A stretch of DNA of 64,000 nucleotides from an uncultured Aliarcobacter sp. (GCA_963664305.2 CAXXLV010000001.1:480001-544000); one strand, 5' to 3'. Positions 1 through 10,309 are shown, counted from the first letter of the stretch. Made by a program: numbers and translations. Notes: generated by a model from the letters alone, not told the origin.

Positions 1-1
1 A

Positions 2-199
2 GAAACAGGAATTGGTGTAAAAAATATTTTTACAATGCAGTCTGATGAAATGAGAAAAGAAAAATTTTATAAAATAAAAGGAAAGGTTAACACTCTTAAC
101 ATGTATCTGATGTTAATAATCTTTCTTTTTGTTTTACCAGCATTTGGAGCATTTATAATTTTCCCAATGATGGCAGGCAAAATAACAATGGGATTATAA
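2..199 (+). CDS. tadC: TadC-like (T2SS F family) pilus platform protein, C-terminal fragment running in from the window edge
   Basis: Not in ORF track. Frame from nt 2 reads ETGIGVKNIFTMQSDEMRKEKFYKIKGKVNTLNMYLMLIIFLFVLPAFGAFIIFPMMAG..., the typical TadC C-terminus; stop TAA 197-199; directly upstream of cpaB. Confidence 0.75.
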   Translation, partial: ETGIGVKNIFTMQSDEMRKEKFYKIKGKVNTLNMYLMLIIFLFVLPAFGAFIIFPMMAGKITMGL

Positions 200-217
200 T
201 TTAAATAAGGAAAAAGT

Positions 218-1417
218 ATGCAGGTAAATAAACAATTAATAGTTATTATAATATTGGCTTCACTGCTATTCTCAGCGCTAGGTGCAGCGTTTTATTTTTA
301 TAACAAAAATAAAAAATCAATGGATGAGCAAAATCAATTAGTAACTATCTATATTGCAAAAGATGATATCCCCAAAGATACATTACTAACCACTGAACAT
401 TTAGCACAAACGAATATTGCTAAACAATTTATTTTAAATAAACCATTGGTAAAAGAAGAGATTATAGGTAAATATACAAACGAAAGAATTTACAAACATG
501 AAATATTTCTAAAACAAAAATTAGACACAGAAATAAAAAAAGAGCAAAAAAATTTACTTGAGTTTGAAAAAAGTGCATACAACATGAAATTTGAATTATT
601 TAGAAATCCAAATTATGCTCTTCAACAAGGTGAATATATCAATGTTATTTCAGTATTCCCAATAGGAGAAGGAGATAACAAAGGAAGATTCTCTGATTTT
701 GATGTTACTTATGTTGCACCAAATATTAAAATTTTAGGTTTTATTAGAGATGGAAGATATGAAGCAAAATCAATAACAAAACATAAAATTAAAAAAGTAA
801 TCAACAAAAATGTTGAAGAGGTAGAAGAAGAAATTAAAGCTGATGAAGTGATTTTAGATATAGATTTAGATGTTTTATTGAAACTAATTAAAAACTACAA
901 TCTAGGTACTCAATTATGGATGACAAGAACTAAGTTTTCAAATGATTACATTCAAGAACTTCAAGATGAGAAAAAAGCATTAGAAGAGCAAAAATCAGAA
1001 AATAACTATAAATCAAATATAATAGAAATTGATTTAAGAGAACCAGTAGTTAGAAAATTCCAATATGTTATGTATCAACCAACAAAAGCTGTTAGTCAAA
1101 AAAGTGCATTGATTGAATATTCTAATAACAAAGAAGAATCTACTACTAAAAATGTTGATATTGTTGCTAATCCAGCAACTTTATGTAAAACAATAAAAGA
1201 TAATTTCATTGTTGGTGTTCCGACTGGTTTTTACATTAGATCAGAAGCAACAAGAAGTTCAAAAGAGAAAACTTTATTAAGTAAAAATACAATTATTCCT
1301 TTTATTGATAAACAAGCAGATTGGTATAGAACTTGTGATGAAAAATATATACATGAAAGTGTTGTAAATGAGGTAAACTCATCATTTGTAAAAGAAAAAT
1401 TGGGGAAATATGAATAA
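218..1417 (+). CDS. cpaB: Flp pilus assembly protein CpaB/RcpC-like (N-terminal TM, SAF domain) with C-terminal SH3b-like extension
   Basis: TM helix, SAF-like IYIAKDDIPKDTLLT..., RcpC-like LQQGEYINVI and VAPNIKILG; neighbours are tadC and a secretin. Confidence 0.75.
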   Translation: MQVNKQLIVIIILASLLFSALGAAFYFYNKNKKSMDEQNQLVTIYIAKDDIPKDTLLTTEHLAQTNIAKQFILNKPLVKEEIIGKYTNERIYKHEIFLKQKLDTEIKKEQKNLLEFEKSAYNMKFELFRNPNYALQQGEYINVISVFPIGEGDNKGRFSDFDVTYVAPNIKILGFIRDGRYEAKSITKHKIKKVINKNVEEVEEEIKADEVILDIDLDVLLKLIKNYNLGTQLWMTRTKFSNDYIQELQDEKKALEEQKSENNYKSNIIEIDLREPVVRKFQYVMYQPTKAVSQKSALIEYSNNKEESTTKNVDIVANPATLCKTIKDNFIVGVPTGFYIRSEATRSSKEKTLLSKNTIIPFIDKQADWYRTCDEKYIHESVVNEVNSSFVKEKLGKYE

Positions 1418-1835
1418 TAAAACTATGAAAAAAGCATTTATAGACCAAATAATACTTTGGATAGTATTATTTACTATTTTTGTATCCTTCTTATTTTTTA
1501 TTATTGATTACTCTAATGCTATTAAGGTAAAGGATAATACAGATGCAATTGCAGATTATATTGCAAGAATGATTGCATTGGATAAAACAGACTATGAAAT
1601 TATAACTGGTGCAAATAAAATAAAAGAGAGTTACTTTGCCGATATACAAGAAGGTGAAATTGTTTGTAATATTGATGCTTCAATATCAAATTATGAAGTT
1701 ATTATGAACGTAAAAACAACTTTAACTAATGGTTTTTTAAATGCAGGAGATAATAATGTGCATTCAAAAACAGTTGTTTTTAATGAGAGTAGTGAATTTC
1801 AAAAAGAGTGTACTTTAACACTATCATTTAACTAG
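1410..1835 (+). CDS. TadE/TadF-like pseudopilin
   Basis: Basic leader, hydrophobic helix, then DAIADYIARMIA (TadE-like A..AAR pattern), two Cys; overlaps cpaB stop. Confidence 0.55.
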   Translation: MNNKTMKKAFIDQIILWIVLFTIFVSFLFFIIDYSNAIKVKDNTDAIADYIARMIALDKTDYEIITGANKIKESYFADIQEGEIVCNIDASISNYEVIMNVKTTLTNGFLNAGDNNVHSKTVVFNESSEFQKECTLTLSFN

Positions 1836-1844
1836 GGGAAAACA

Positions 1845-3332
1845 ATGAAAATACTAAAAATAATGGCTTATTTATTCTTATTTTTTACATTAGCAAATTC
1901 AAATGAATTGATTCAAAAGAATCTAAATGAAAAAACTTTTACAATAAATAAAGGTTCTTTCAAAATATTAGAGTTTGATAAAATGATAAGAAATGTTAAA
2001 GTAAATGATAAAGAAATTGTTGAAGTTGATTTTGTTGATGATGATATAAAACCATTACAAACACTTAAAATATTTGCAAAAACTATTGGTCATGGAAATG
2101 TATTAGTGACATTTATTGATTCTTCTTCTATGCACATTGATATTAGTATTGTTGAAAATTTACTTGATATTATAAATGTAGCAAAACATATTGCACCAAA
2201 ATTAGATATACAACAAACAAATGGAAAGATTATCTTAAAAGGTTTTATTGACGACCCAAAAACAAAAGTTAAAATATTAGATTTATTTAAAAAAGGTGGA
2301 ATTGATATTGATAAAGATTTAGTTGATTTAATCAGCTTAACAAATCCAGAAAAGATGATTAGATTAAAACTTTATGCTGTTGAAATCAATAATTCAAAAG
2401 GTTTAGATTTAAAAAACAATTGGGTTGTTTCATCAAAAAACTATACAGAAGTTGTTAACACAGATGGTTTATATCATAATGAAAGTCTTAATAATTTTGC
2501 AAGTACAGATGCTCAAAGAAGTAAGCTTGTAAGTGATACAATTGACAAAACAATGGCAAATGCAGTAACTCTAACAGGTGGATTAACTGGTGCAGCTAAT
2601 TATTTAGGGAAATACTTTAATGCTGCATTAACACTTAACTATTTATCAAGTAAAGGTGTTGCATCTATTCTTGATGAAACTACATTGCTAACTTTAGAAA
2701 ATCAAGATGCAACATTTCATGCAGGTGGTACAATTTATTTAAAAATTGCAACTACAACAAATCAAGGTGTACCAACAACAGAAGTTAGAAATATAAATTA
2801 TGGATTACAACTAGATATAAAAGCAGAAAATATTGTTAATAACAACTTTGTAAATCTAAATATCAATACAAAATCTACTCAAATCGATTGGGCAAATACA
2901 GTTGATGGAATACCAAGTTTTACAGAAAAATCAATAAAAACTAACGTTGTTGTAGGTAATCAATCAACAATTATTTTAGGTGGTTTAATTAGCAGCAGTA
3001 GTTCACAAGATGTAGATAAAATTCCACTATTAGGAGATATTCCTATTTTAGGTATGTTATTTACTAGTAAAGCTTTTAAAGAAGGGAAAAGTGAACTTGT
3101 ATTTTTTATAACTCCTGAAATTGTTGACCCAAGAAACAATGACCAATTCGAGAAATTAGATAAAAAAACAAGTTTTACAAAAGAATTAGAAGTAAATAAA
3201 CAAGAATTAGAAGAACAACAAAAACAAGTTATTGAAGAAAATGAAGATGTTGTAGAAGAAAAAGTAGCAGAAACAAATCTTGATTCAAAAACTGAACATG
3301 AAAAAAGAGTAAAAGAACTTTTAGGATACTAA
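1845..3332 (+). CDS. rcpA: Tad secretin RcpA/CpaC
   Basis: Signal peptide, pilus N-domain (KIFAKTIGHGNVLV), BON-like segment, secretin C-terminus KIPLLGDIPILGMLF...ELVFFITPEIV. Confidence 0.9.
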   Translation: MKILKIMAYLFLFFTLANSNELIQKNLNEKTFTINKGSFKILEFDKMIRNVKVNDKEIVEVDFVDDDIKPLQTLKIFAKTIGHGNVLVTFIDSSSMHIDISIVENLLDIINVAKHIAPKLDIQQTNGKIILKGFIDDPKTKVKILDLFKKGGIDIDKDLVDLISLTNPEKMIRLKLYAVEINNSKGLDLKNNWVVSSKNYTEVVNTDGLYHNESLNNFASTDAQRSKLVSDTIDKTMANAVTLTGGLTGAANYLGKYFNAALTLNYLSSKGVASILDETTLLTLENQDATFHAGGTIYLKIATTTNQGVPTTEVRNINYGLQLDIKAENIVNNNFVNLNINTKSTQIDWANTVDGIPSFTEKSIKTNVVVGNQSTIILGGLISSSSSQDVDKIPLLGDIPILGMLFTSKAFKEGKSELVFFITPEIVDPRNNDQFEKLDKKTSFTKELEVNKQELEEQQKQVIEENEDVVEEKVAETNLDSKTEHEKRVKELLGY

Positions 3333-3357
3333 TAAGAAGAGATCAACTCTTCTTATT
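3331..3357. terminator. Bidirectional intrinsic terminator
   Basis: Perfect 11-bp stem AATAAGAAGAG-atcaa-CTCTTCTTATT between convergent rcpA and ccp. Confidence 0.8.
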
Positions 3358-4380
3358 TTAATTAAATGTTGGTTTTTCAGTTTCAATTGTAGATTCAGGA
3401 AGTTGTGGGTAGATAATTTGAGGTTTGTCACCTTTTAATGATTTAAAAAATGTTACAATTTTTGCTGAATCTTCATCTGAAATATTTATTCCCAATTGAA
3501 CTGAACCCATTTCTTTAACAGCTTCATTTAAAGACCAAATTTGACCATTATGGAAATATGGTGCTGTTTCAGTGATATTTCTTAATGTTGGCGTTTTTAC
3601 CATACCATTTGCATCTCCTTTAAAATCACCTACATTTGTAAATTTATATTGTGAAGCCACTTGGAATGGCTGCATTGTTCCACCTAGTGCAATTCCACTA
3701 TGACAAGCCGTACAACCTTTATCAATAAATGTATTTAAGCCCTCTTTTTCTTCTTTTGTTAAAGCTTTATCATCACCGCTTAAAAATTTATCAAATCTTG
3801 ATGGTGTAACTAAAGTTTTTTCAAAAGTTGCGATTGTTGCTGTAATTTTCTCAAAATCTACTTTTACATCTTTTCCATATGCAGTTTTAAATTCATTAAT
3901 ATATTCAGGTATTGAATTAATTCTTTGTTCAACTAATGCAGGTGGTGCAGCCATCTCTGGACCTGCTTGAACTGGACCTTGTGCTTGATCAGCTAAATGA
4001 GGACTTCTTCCATCCCAAAATTGAGCTTTGAAAAATACTGAATTATATACTGTTGGAGAATTAAGATGATGAGGATTTGCTGTCCAACCATGTCCAATTG
4101 CAGCGGGAACTCCATCTGCACCACCTAAAGCTAAATTATGGCAAGTATTACAAGAAATTAATCCACTTCTTGAAAGTCGTGGATCAAAATAAAGTTTTTT
4201 ACCTAATTCAATTTTTTCTTTAGTAATTGGATCATTTTTATCATCGATCATCTTCATTAATTTTGTTTTATCAGCTGGTATTGCTTCTAAACCACTATTT
4301 TTTGCTTTTTCAACTAATGTTGTTGCTAGTAATGAACTTGCACCTAATAAACAAATTGCCAATGATTTTACAATTTTCAT
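3358..4380 (-). CDS. ccpA: Di-heme cytochrome c peroxidase
   Basis: Signal peptide, two CxxCH motifs (CNTCH, CTACH), QFWDGR, TPTLRN, APYFHNG. Confidence 0.93.
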   Translation of the reverse strand: MKIVKSLAICLLGASSLLATTLVEKAKNSGLEAIPADKTKLMKMIDDKNDPITKEKIELGKKLYFDPRLSRSGLISCNTCHNLALGGADGVPAAIGHGWTANPHHLNSPTVYNSVFFKAQFWDGRSPHLADQAQGPVQAGPEMAAPPALVEQRINSIPEYINEFKTAYGKDVKVDFEKITATIATFEKTLVTPSRFDKFLSGDDKALTKEEKEGLNTFIDKGCTACHSGIALGGTMQPFQVASQYKFTNVGDFKGDANGMVKTPTLRNITETAPYFHNGQIWSLNEAVKEMGSVQLGINISDEDSAKIVTFFKSLKGDKPQIIYPQLPESTIETEKPTFN

Positions 4381-4577
4381 AATAACCCCTTTAAAATAAT
4401 AATTTTAACTATAGGATAAATATTATTAAATGAAAATTAATTTTATTCTTATTTATAATTAATTTCATAAATTTTTCTTATAATAAAAGATAAAAAATAT
4501 CCTATTTTATGGTACTTTTTAGAATTTAATTTGAGATATCTTTTGTCTTATTTATATTTTTTAATTATAAATTATAA

Positions 4578-5048
4578 TTATTTAAGAAGATTTTTTATGA
4601 TTGAGTTTACACCAATATGCAGATTATATGTTGAAATAGGAAAATCTAAAATATCTTCATCAGTAACATTAATTCTATTTGATAAAAGATAAGTTTCCAA
4701 TTTTTCTATATCTATTTCTTTATAGTCTTTATCTTTATGTTCAGTTCTTTGAAGTTTATTTTTTTCATTACTTTGTTTGATTATAAAATACAAAATTCTT
4801 AAACAAACTAAGTCACTCCATCTAAAAAATAGATTACTATCTAGTTCATTTAGTATCTTTCCTTCAGGATTAAATAGTAAATCTTGTTCTTTTAATGGAA
4901 TTAATATAGACAGTATTGCATCAGTATAAGGAATAATTTTTTCTTTCCAGAAATCAGCCTCATCACTTTTTTCTAATCTATCTTTTAATATTTCAAGTAT
5001 CTCTTCACTAGAAGAATTTTGCAAAAGTTGAGTTAAATAATCAAGCAT
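4578..5048 (-). CDS. Hypothetical all-helical protein (possible DotL/IcmO all-alpha-domain homolog)
   Basis: 156-aa ORF translationally coupled to dxs (1-nt overlap). Confidence 0.75.
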   Translation of the reverse strand: MLDYLTQLLQNSSSEEILEILKDRLEKSDEADFWKEKIIPYTDAILSILIPLKEQDLLFNPEGKILNELDSNLFFRWSDLVCLRILYFIIKQSNEKNKLQRTEHKDKDYKEIDIEKLETYLLSNRINVTDEDILDFPISTYNLHIGVNSIIKNLLK

Positions 5049-6862
5049 TATTTAACTTTTAATACTAATTGTTCAGGCAATAATTCTAAACTTTGTTCAA
5101 CTTGTTTTGTATCACCATGCTCAATAAAATTATCACTATATTCAAATGATGTGATTTGTACATTATGTATTTTTTCATCATTTAATACTTCTAATATTGC
5201 ACTAGAAACTCCACCTTGTTTTTGAGAATCACTAAATACATACCAACTATCATATTTTTTTGAAAGTTCAATCAACATCTCTTTATCAATTGGTTTGATA
5301 AATCTTAAATCCAAGATTGTAATATCTTCTTCATGTAAGTTTTCAGTATCAATAGCACGACTAACTCCTGCACCATAACCAATAAATAGCTTATTTGAAC
5401 TCCCAACTTTAAGAAGTTCTGCTTTCCCAAAAATAAATTGAGTTGAAGTATAAGTTAATTCTTTAAAATTTCCTCTTGGATATCTAATAGCACATGGACT
5501 GTTTAAACCATATGCAAATTCTAATGAATACTCTAAAGTTTTATTATCTCTTGGGGCAAATAAAACCATATTTGGAATAAATCTTAAATATGAAATATCA
5601 AATGCACCTTGATGTGTTTCTCCATCATTTCCAACAATTCCTGCTCTATCCATTGCAAAAACTACAGGTAAATTCATCAAACAAACATCATGAATAATTT
5701 GGTCAAATCCTCTTTGTAAAAATGTTGAATAAATTGTAATATATGGTTTAAAGCCCTCTTTTGCCATTGCAGCCATAGAAGTAATTGCATGTTGTTCTGC
5801 AATTGCAACATCCCAAAATCTTTCAGGAAACTTATCCATAAGTTTATTTATTCCTGTACCACTAGGCATTGCAGCAGTAACTCCAACAACATTTTCATAT
5901 TTTGTTGCCAATCCAACTAATGCATCAGCAAATACAGCTGTTGCAGATTTTGGAGCAATTTTTTTTACAAATTCACCATCTTCAATATTAAAAGGTCCAA
6001 CTCCATGCCACTCTTCATGTTGCCCTTCTGCAATTTTATAACCTTTTCCTTTTATTGTATGAGCATGAACAATAACAGGTTTTTGCATAGCTTTTGCAAT
6101 TTCTAAAGTTTCAATTACCTCTTCTAAATCATGTCCGTCAATTGGTCCTATATAATCAAGTCCCATCTCTTCAAATAAAATTCCAGGAGTTATAAGTTTC
6201 ATAGCTTCTTCCATACGTTTAGCTATATATGTAGTACCTTCAGGCATATTATTTCTAATAAATTTATCAACTTTTGATTTAAAACCTTGATAATATTTTC
6301 CTGCAAGAAGTTTTGAAAGATATTTTGAGATAGCTCCAATTGGTTTTGCAATACTCATTTCATTATCATTTAAAATAATTACAACAGGAAGTTTTAAATC
6401 ACCAAGCTCATTTAAAGCTTCATAAACCATTCCAGCTGTCATAGAACCATCACCTATCATAACAACAGGTATTCTATTTTCATTTTTTAATTTTATTGAT
6501 TTTGCTGCACCAACAGCTAAAGAAATTGAAGTTGAGCTATGACCAGCAACAAAATAATCAGCTACAGATTCATTTGGTTTTGTAAACCCACTTAAACCAC
6601 CAAATTGTCTTATAGTTTCAAACTCATCCCAACGTCCAGTTAATAGTTTATGAGGATAACATTGATGCGAAACGTCAAAAATAAAAGGGTCACTATATGC
6701 ATCAAATACATAATGCATACCAAGAGTTAACTCAACTGCACCAAGTGTAGATGAAAAATGTCCACCCTTTCTTGATACAACATCAATTATTCTTTCTCTT
6801 ATATCTTGAGAAAGTTCTTTTAACTCTTCTAGTGATTTATCTTTTATTTCCATTTCAAACAA
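5048..6862 (-). CDS. dxs: 1-deoxy-D-xylulose-5-phosphate synthase
   Basis: GGHFSSTLG, DVSHQCY, GHSSTS, TPP motif GDGSMT..N, DRAG...DGETHQG. Confidence 0.98.
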   Translation of the reverse strand: MFEMEIKDKSLEELKELSQDIRERIIDVVSRKGGHFSSTLGAVELTLGMHYVFDAYSDPFIFDVSHQCYPHKLLTGRWDEFETIRQFGGLSGFTKPNESVADYFVAGHSSTSISLAVGAAKSIKLKNENRIPVVMIGDGSMTAGMVYEALNELGDLKLPVVIILNDNEMSIAKPIGAISKYLSKLLAGKYYQGFKSKVDKFIRNNMPEGTTYIAKRMEEAMKLITPGILFEEMGLDYIGPIDGHDLEEVIETLEIAKAMQKPVIVHAHTIKGKGYKIAEGQHEEWHGVGPFNIEDGEFVKKIAPKSATAVFADALVGLATKYENVVGVTAAMPSGTGINKLMDKFPERFWDVAIAEQHAITSMAAMAKEGFKPYITIYSTFLQRGFDQIIHDVCLMNLPVVFAMDRAGIVGNDGETHQGAFDISYLRFIPNMVLFAPRDNKTLEYSLEFAYGLNSPCAIRYPRGNFKELTYTSTQFIFGKAELLKVGSSNKLFIGYGAGVSRAIDTENLHEEDITILDLRFIKPIDKEMLIELSKKYDSWYVFSDSQKQGGVSSAILEVLNDEKIHNVQITSFEYSDNFIEHGDTKQVEQSLELLPEQLVLKVK

Positions 6863-6865
6863 ACT

Positions 6866-7972
6866 TTATTTTAAATTTTCTAATACTTCGTCTAATTGTT
6901 CAAATACTTTTGTATTTTGTTCAGTTCTTCCAATCGTAATTCTAATTGCATTTTGACCATAACCAGTTAAATCTCTTACAATTACTCCACGTTCTAGAAG
7001 TTTTTGAGCTACTTCTTTTGATACAAATTTATCTCCAAATTTAATTGTAATAAAATTTGTATATGAAGGAATATATTCAAATCCTTTATTTGTTGCATAC
7101 TCTTCATATCTTGTCATCTCTTCAAAGTTTTTAGCAATACACTCATTTACAAACTCTTCATCTTTTAATGCTTCAATTGCAGCTGCTAAAGTTAAAGTTG
7201 TAATATTAAATGGAGCTCTTAATTTATATAAAGTTTGAACTACATCAGGTTGTGCAATACCATATCCAACTCTCATTCCCCCAAGGGCATATGCTTTAGA
7301 GAAAGTTCCTAAATAAATTGCATTTGGAAATTTAGTAATTAAATCTTTTGCATTTATTCTTTTTTTCTCATCTTTAAAAGAAGCATACTCTTGATAAGCT
7401 CCATCTACAACAACTAAAGTTTCAGGACTTACTGTTTCTAAGAATGCATAAACATCATCTTTATTTACACATTCACCTAAAGGATTATTTGGAATACATA
7501 AGAAAATTACATCTGCACCATGTTCTTTATATAGTTTTGAGAATTCTTCAAGATTGTGTTGTTCAGAATCTGTTTTAATAATAGTTGCACCAGTTTGTTT
7601 TCCATAAATTTCATACATAGCAAAAGTTGTTTTTGCCATTAAAATTTTTGAACCTTTTTCACATTTTGCATGAACGCAGAACTCTAAAATTTGGTCACTT
7701 CCAGAACCAATGATTACATTTTTACTATCAACTTCAAATTTTTTTGCCAAGGCTTCTTTTAATTCATACATTGAATCATCAGGATAAACAAACATATTTT
7801 TTGCTAATTCTTGAATCTTTGCAACAACTTTTGGGCTAGTTCCATATGGATTTTCATTTGAAGCTAATTTGATTACATTTTCAGGTTTAACACCATATTC
7901 TCTTACAACTAATTCTATTGGTTTTCCTGCTTCATATGTTGAAACATTCTCTAATACTTCATTAAATTTCAT
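6866..7972 (-). CDS. hisC: Histidinol-phosphate aminotransferase
   Basis: [37 protein letters not shown]. Confidence 0.95.
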   Translation of the reverse strand: MKFNEVLENVSTYEAGKPIELVVREYGVKPENVIKLASNENPYGTSPKVVAKIQELAKNMFVYPDDSMYELKEALAKKFEVDSKNVIIGSGSDQILEFCVHAKCEKGSKILMAKTTFAMYEIYGKQTGATIIKTDSEQHNLEEFSKLYKEHGADVIFLCIPNNPLGECVNKDDVYAFLETVSPETLVVVDGAYQEYASFKDEKKRINAKDLITKFPNAIYLGTFSKAYALGGMRVGYGIAQPDVVQTLYKLRAPFNITTLTLAAAIEALKDEEFVNECIAKNFEEMTRYEEYATNKGFEYIPSYTNFITIKFGDKFVSKEVAQKLLERGVIVRDLTGYGQNAIRITIGRTEQNTKVFEQLDEVLENLK

Positions 7973-7998
7973 CTACTTTTCCTAAATTATTTAATTTT

Positions 7999-9075
7999 CT
8001 AAATATCGTTAATCTCTTTTACGTATGACCCTAATACTTTTACACTCGTTTTGTATTTTTCTAGAATTTCTTTAACATTTTCATCATCTTTATGTCCATC
8101 AAAATCAATAAAGAAAATTGAATTTCCTTCTACAATATGTGATTTAATTTTTGTTAAATTTATTCCAGCTTTATTAAAATCAGTTAAAAACTCAACAAGA
8201 ACACCTTGTCTATCAGGTAATTTAACTAAAATTGATGTTTTATCATTTCCACTTTGACCATTTTCAAAATCACTGATTATAAAAAATCTTGTTTTATTGT
8301 TATCTTTATCTTCAATATTTTCAAATAAAATTGGAAGATTGTGTAATTTTGCTCCAACATGTGGACAAATAGCTGCACTTCCAGGTTCACGAGCTGCTAA
8401 TTTTGCTGCTTTTGTTGTTGATTCAACTGGAATTTGTTCAACTTCATCAAGTCCCATATTTGTTAAAAATTTTCTACATTGATCAAACGCGATATCTTTT
8501 GAATATATTCTTTTTATATCTTTTATTTTATCACAAGTTGTTGCAAGTGTATGGTGAATATTTAATACAACTTCAGCAATTATTTTTAAATCATATTCAC
8601 TTAAACAAGTAATAGTATCTGTAACTATTCCATTTGATGAATTTTCGATAGGAATTACACCAAATTTTACTTTTTTTGTATTAACTTCTCTAAAAACACC
8701 TTTTATAGAACTTACTGAAATATAAGAACTCATTGCACCAAATCTACCTTCAGCAGCTTGATGTGTAAAACTTCCTTCTGGCCCTAAATAAGCGATATTT
8801 TCAGGTAACTCAATATTTCTTGAAATTGCAAAAATTTCTAAAAAAAGAGCTTCAATTGCATTTCTATTTAATAAACCATTATTTTCATTATTGATTTTTT
8901 CTAATCTATCAATGATAGCTTTTTCCCTTTCAGGTCTATAAATTGCTCCACCACTTTTTGCTTTTAATGCACCCACTTGATGGACAATTTTCATTCTTTC
9001 ATTAATTAATTCTAAAAGTTTATTATCAATAGCATCAAGTTTATTTCTTAACTCTATTAATCCTTCTTCACTCAT
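7999..9075 (-). CDS. pheA: Chorismate mutase/prephenate dehydratase
   Basis: N-terminal chorismate mutase (RPERE), YLGPEGSFT, PIENS, NKTRF, ACT domain. Confidence 0.96.
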   Translation of the reverse strand: MSEEGLIELRNKLDAIDNKLLELINERMKIVHQVGALKAKSGGAIYRPEREKAIIDRLEKINNENNGLLNRNAIEALFLEIFAISRNIELPENIAYLGPEGSFTHQAAEGRFGAMSSYISVSSIKGVFREVNTKKVKFGVIPIENSSNGIVTDTITCLSEYDLKIIAEVVLNIHHTLATTCDKIKDIKRIYSKDIAFDQCRKFLTNMGLDEVEQIPVESTTKAAKLAAREPGSAAICPHVGAKLHNLPILFENIEDKDNNKTRFFIISDFENGQSGNDKTSILVKLPDRQGVLVEFLTDFNKAGINLTKIKSHIVEGNSIFFIDFDGHKDDENVKEILEKYKTSVKVLGSYVKEINDI

Positions 9076-9100
9076 TTTAAGCCCTTTATTTAATCAAAAA

Positions 9101-10309
9101 TTATTTAACAAACTCTTCTTCTAAAGCAATAATATCTTCAAAAGTTTCTCGTCTTCTAATTAATCTATCTTGTCCATTTTCAATAGCAATTTCAGCAACT
9201 TTTCCTCTTGTATTATAGTTACTTGACATTGTAAATCCATAAGCACCAGCACTGTAAATAGCAACTAAATCATTATGTTGTGTTTTTTGTAATTCAATAT
9301 TTTTAGCAAAAAAGTCACCACTTTCACAAACTGGTCCAACTAAATTACAATCAGAAAATTCTGTATTATCATTTAATACTTCAATTTTGTGATATGCATT
9401 GTATAATGATGGTCTAATTAAATCATTCATAGCTCCATCAACAATAACAAATCTTTTATTTCCATTTACTTTTTCATATAAAACTTTTGTTACAAATGTT
9501 CCAGCATTTCCAACCATAAATCTTCCTGGTTCACAAATAACTGTTATATCTAAACCAAACATTGTTTCTAATACAGATTGTGCATATTCATTTGTATCAA
9601 TTAATTTTTCATCTTTATAAACAATACCTAAACCACCACCAATATCCATAAATGAAAGTTCAATTTTTATTGCTTTTAAATTTCTTACTAAATCAGCAAT
9701 AATTTTTACTGATTCTTTAATTGGTTGTAATTGTGTTAATTGAGAACCAATATGACAATGAATTCCAACTGGGTCAAGATTTTCAGAGTTTTTACATTGA
9801 ATATACATTCTTTTAGCTGTATCAATATCAACTCCAAATTTATTTTCATGAAGTCCAGTAGAAATATATGGATGAGTTTTTGGGTCAATATTTGGATTAA
9901 CTCTAATAGAAATTCTTGCAATTTTTCCTAATTCTTTTGCCATAATTTCAACTCTTTGTAATTCAGCATCACTTTCAACATTAATCATTAAAATATCTAA
10001 TTCCAAAGCTTGTCTTATTTCATCATCAATTTTCCCAACACCTGAAAAAATAATTTTATATGCTGGAATTCCAACTTTTAAAGCACGTTTAACTTCTCCA
10101 ATAGAAACGCAATCAGCTCCAGCTCCAAGATTTGCCAAATGTTTAATAACACTTAAATTTGAATTTGCTTTTACTGCGTATGCAATTAGAGATTTTCTTG
10201 CTCTAAAAGAACCTTTTAACTCTTCATATTGTTTTGTAATATGGTCAAAATCATATACATAATAAGGTGTTCCATATTTATTTGCTAATTCTTTAAAATT
10301 AATACTCAT
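9101..10309 (-). CDS. lysA: Diaminopimelate decarboxylase
   Basis: YAVKANSN, HIGSQ, GGGLG, EPGR, GPVCESGD, GAYG. Confidence 0.97.
   Translation of the reverse strand: MSINFKELANKYGTPYYVYDFDHITKQYEELKGSFRARKSLIAYAVKANSNLSVIKHLANLGAGADCVSIGEVKRALKVGIPAYKIIFSGVGKIDDEIRQALELDILMINVESDAELQRVEIMAKELGKIARISIRVNPNIDPKTHPYISTGLHENKFGVDIDTAKRMYIQCKNSENLDPVGIHCHIGSQLTQLQPIKESVKIIADLVRNLKAIKIELSFMDIGGGLGIVYKDEKLIDTNEYAQSVLETMFGLDITVICEPGRFMVGNAGTFVTKVLYEKVNGNKRFVIVDGAMNDLIRPSLYNAYHKIEVLNDNTEFSDCNLVGPVCESGDFFAKNIELQKTQHNDLVAIYSAGAYGFTMSSNYNTRGKVAEIAIENGQDRLIRRRETFEDIIALEEEFVK

Noticed and set aside
4562..4580. TAATTATAA-A-TTATAATTA palindrome upstream of ccp as a PerR/Fur box
   Set aside because: Pure A/T in an AT-rich region, about 180 nt from the start and overlapping the upstream stop; cannot be told from chance
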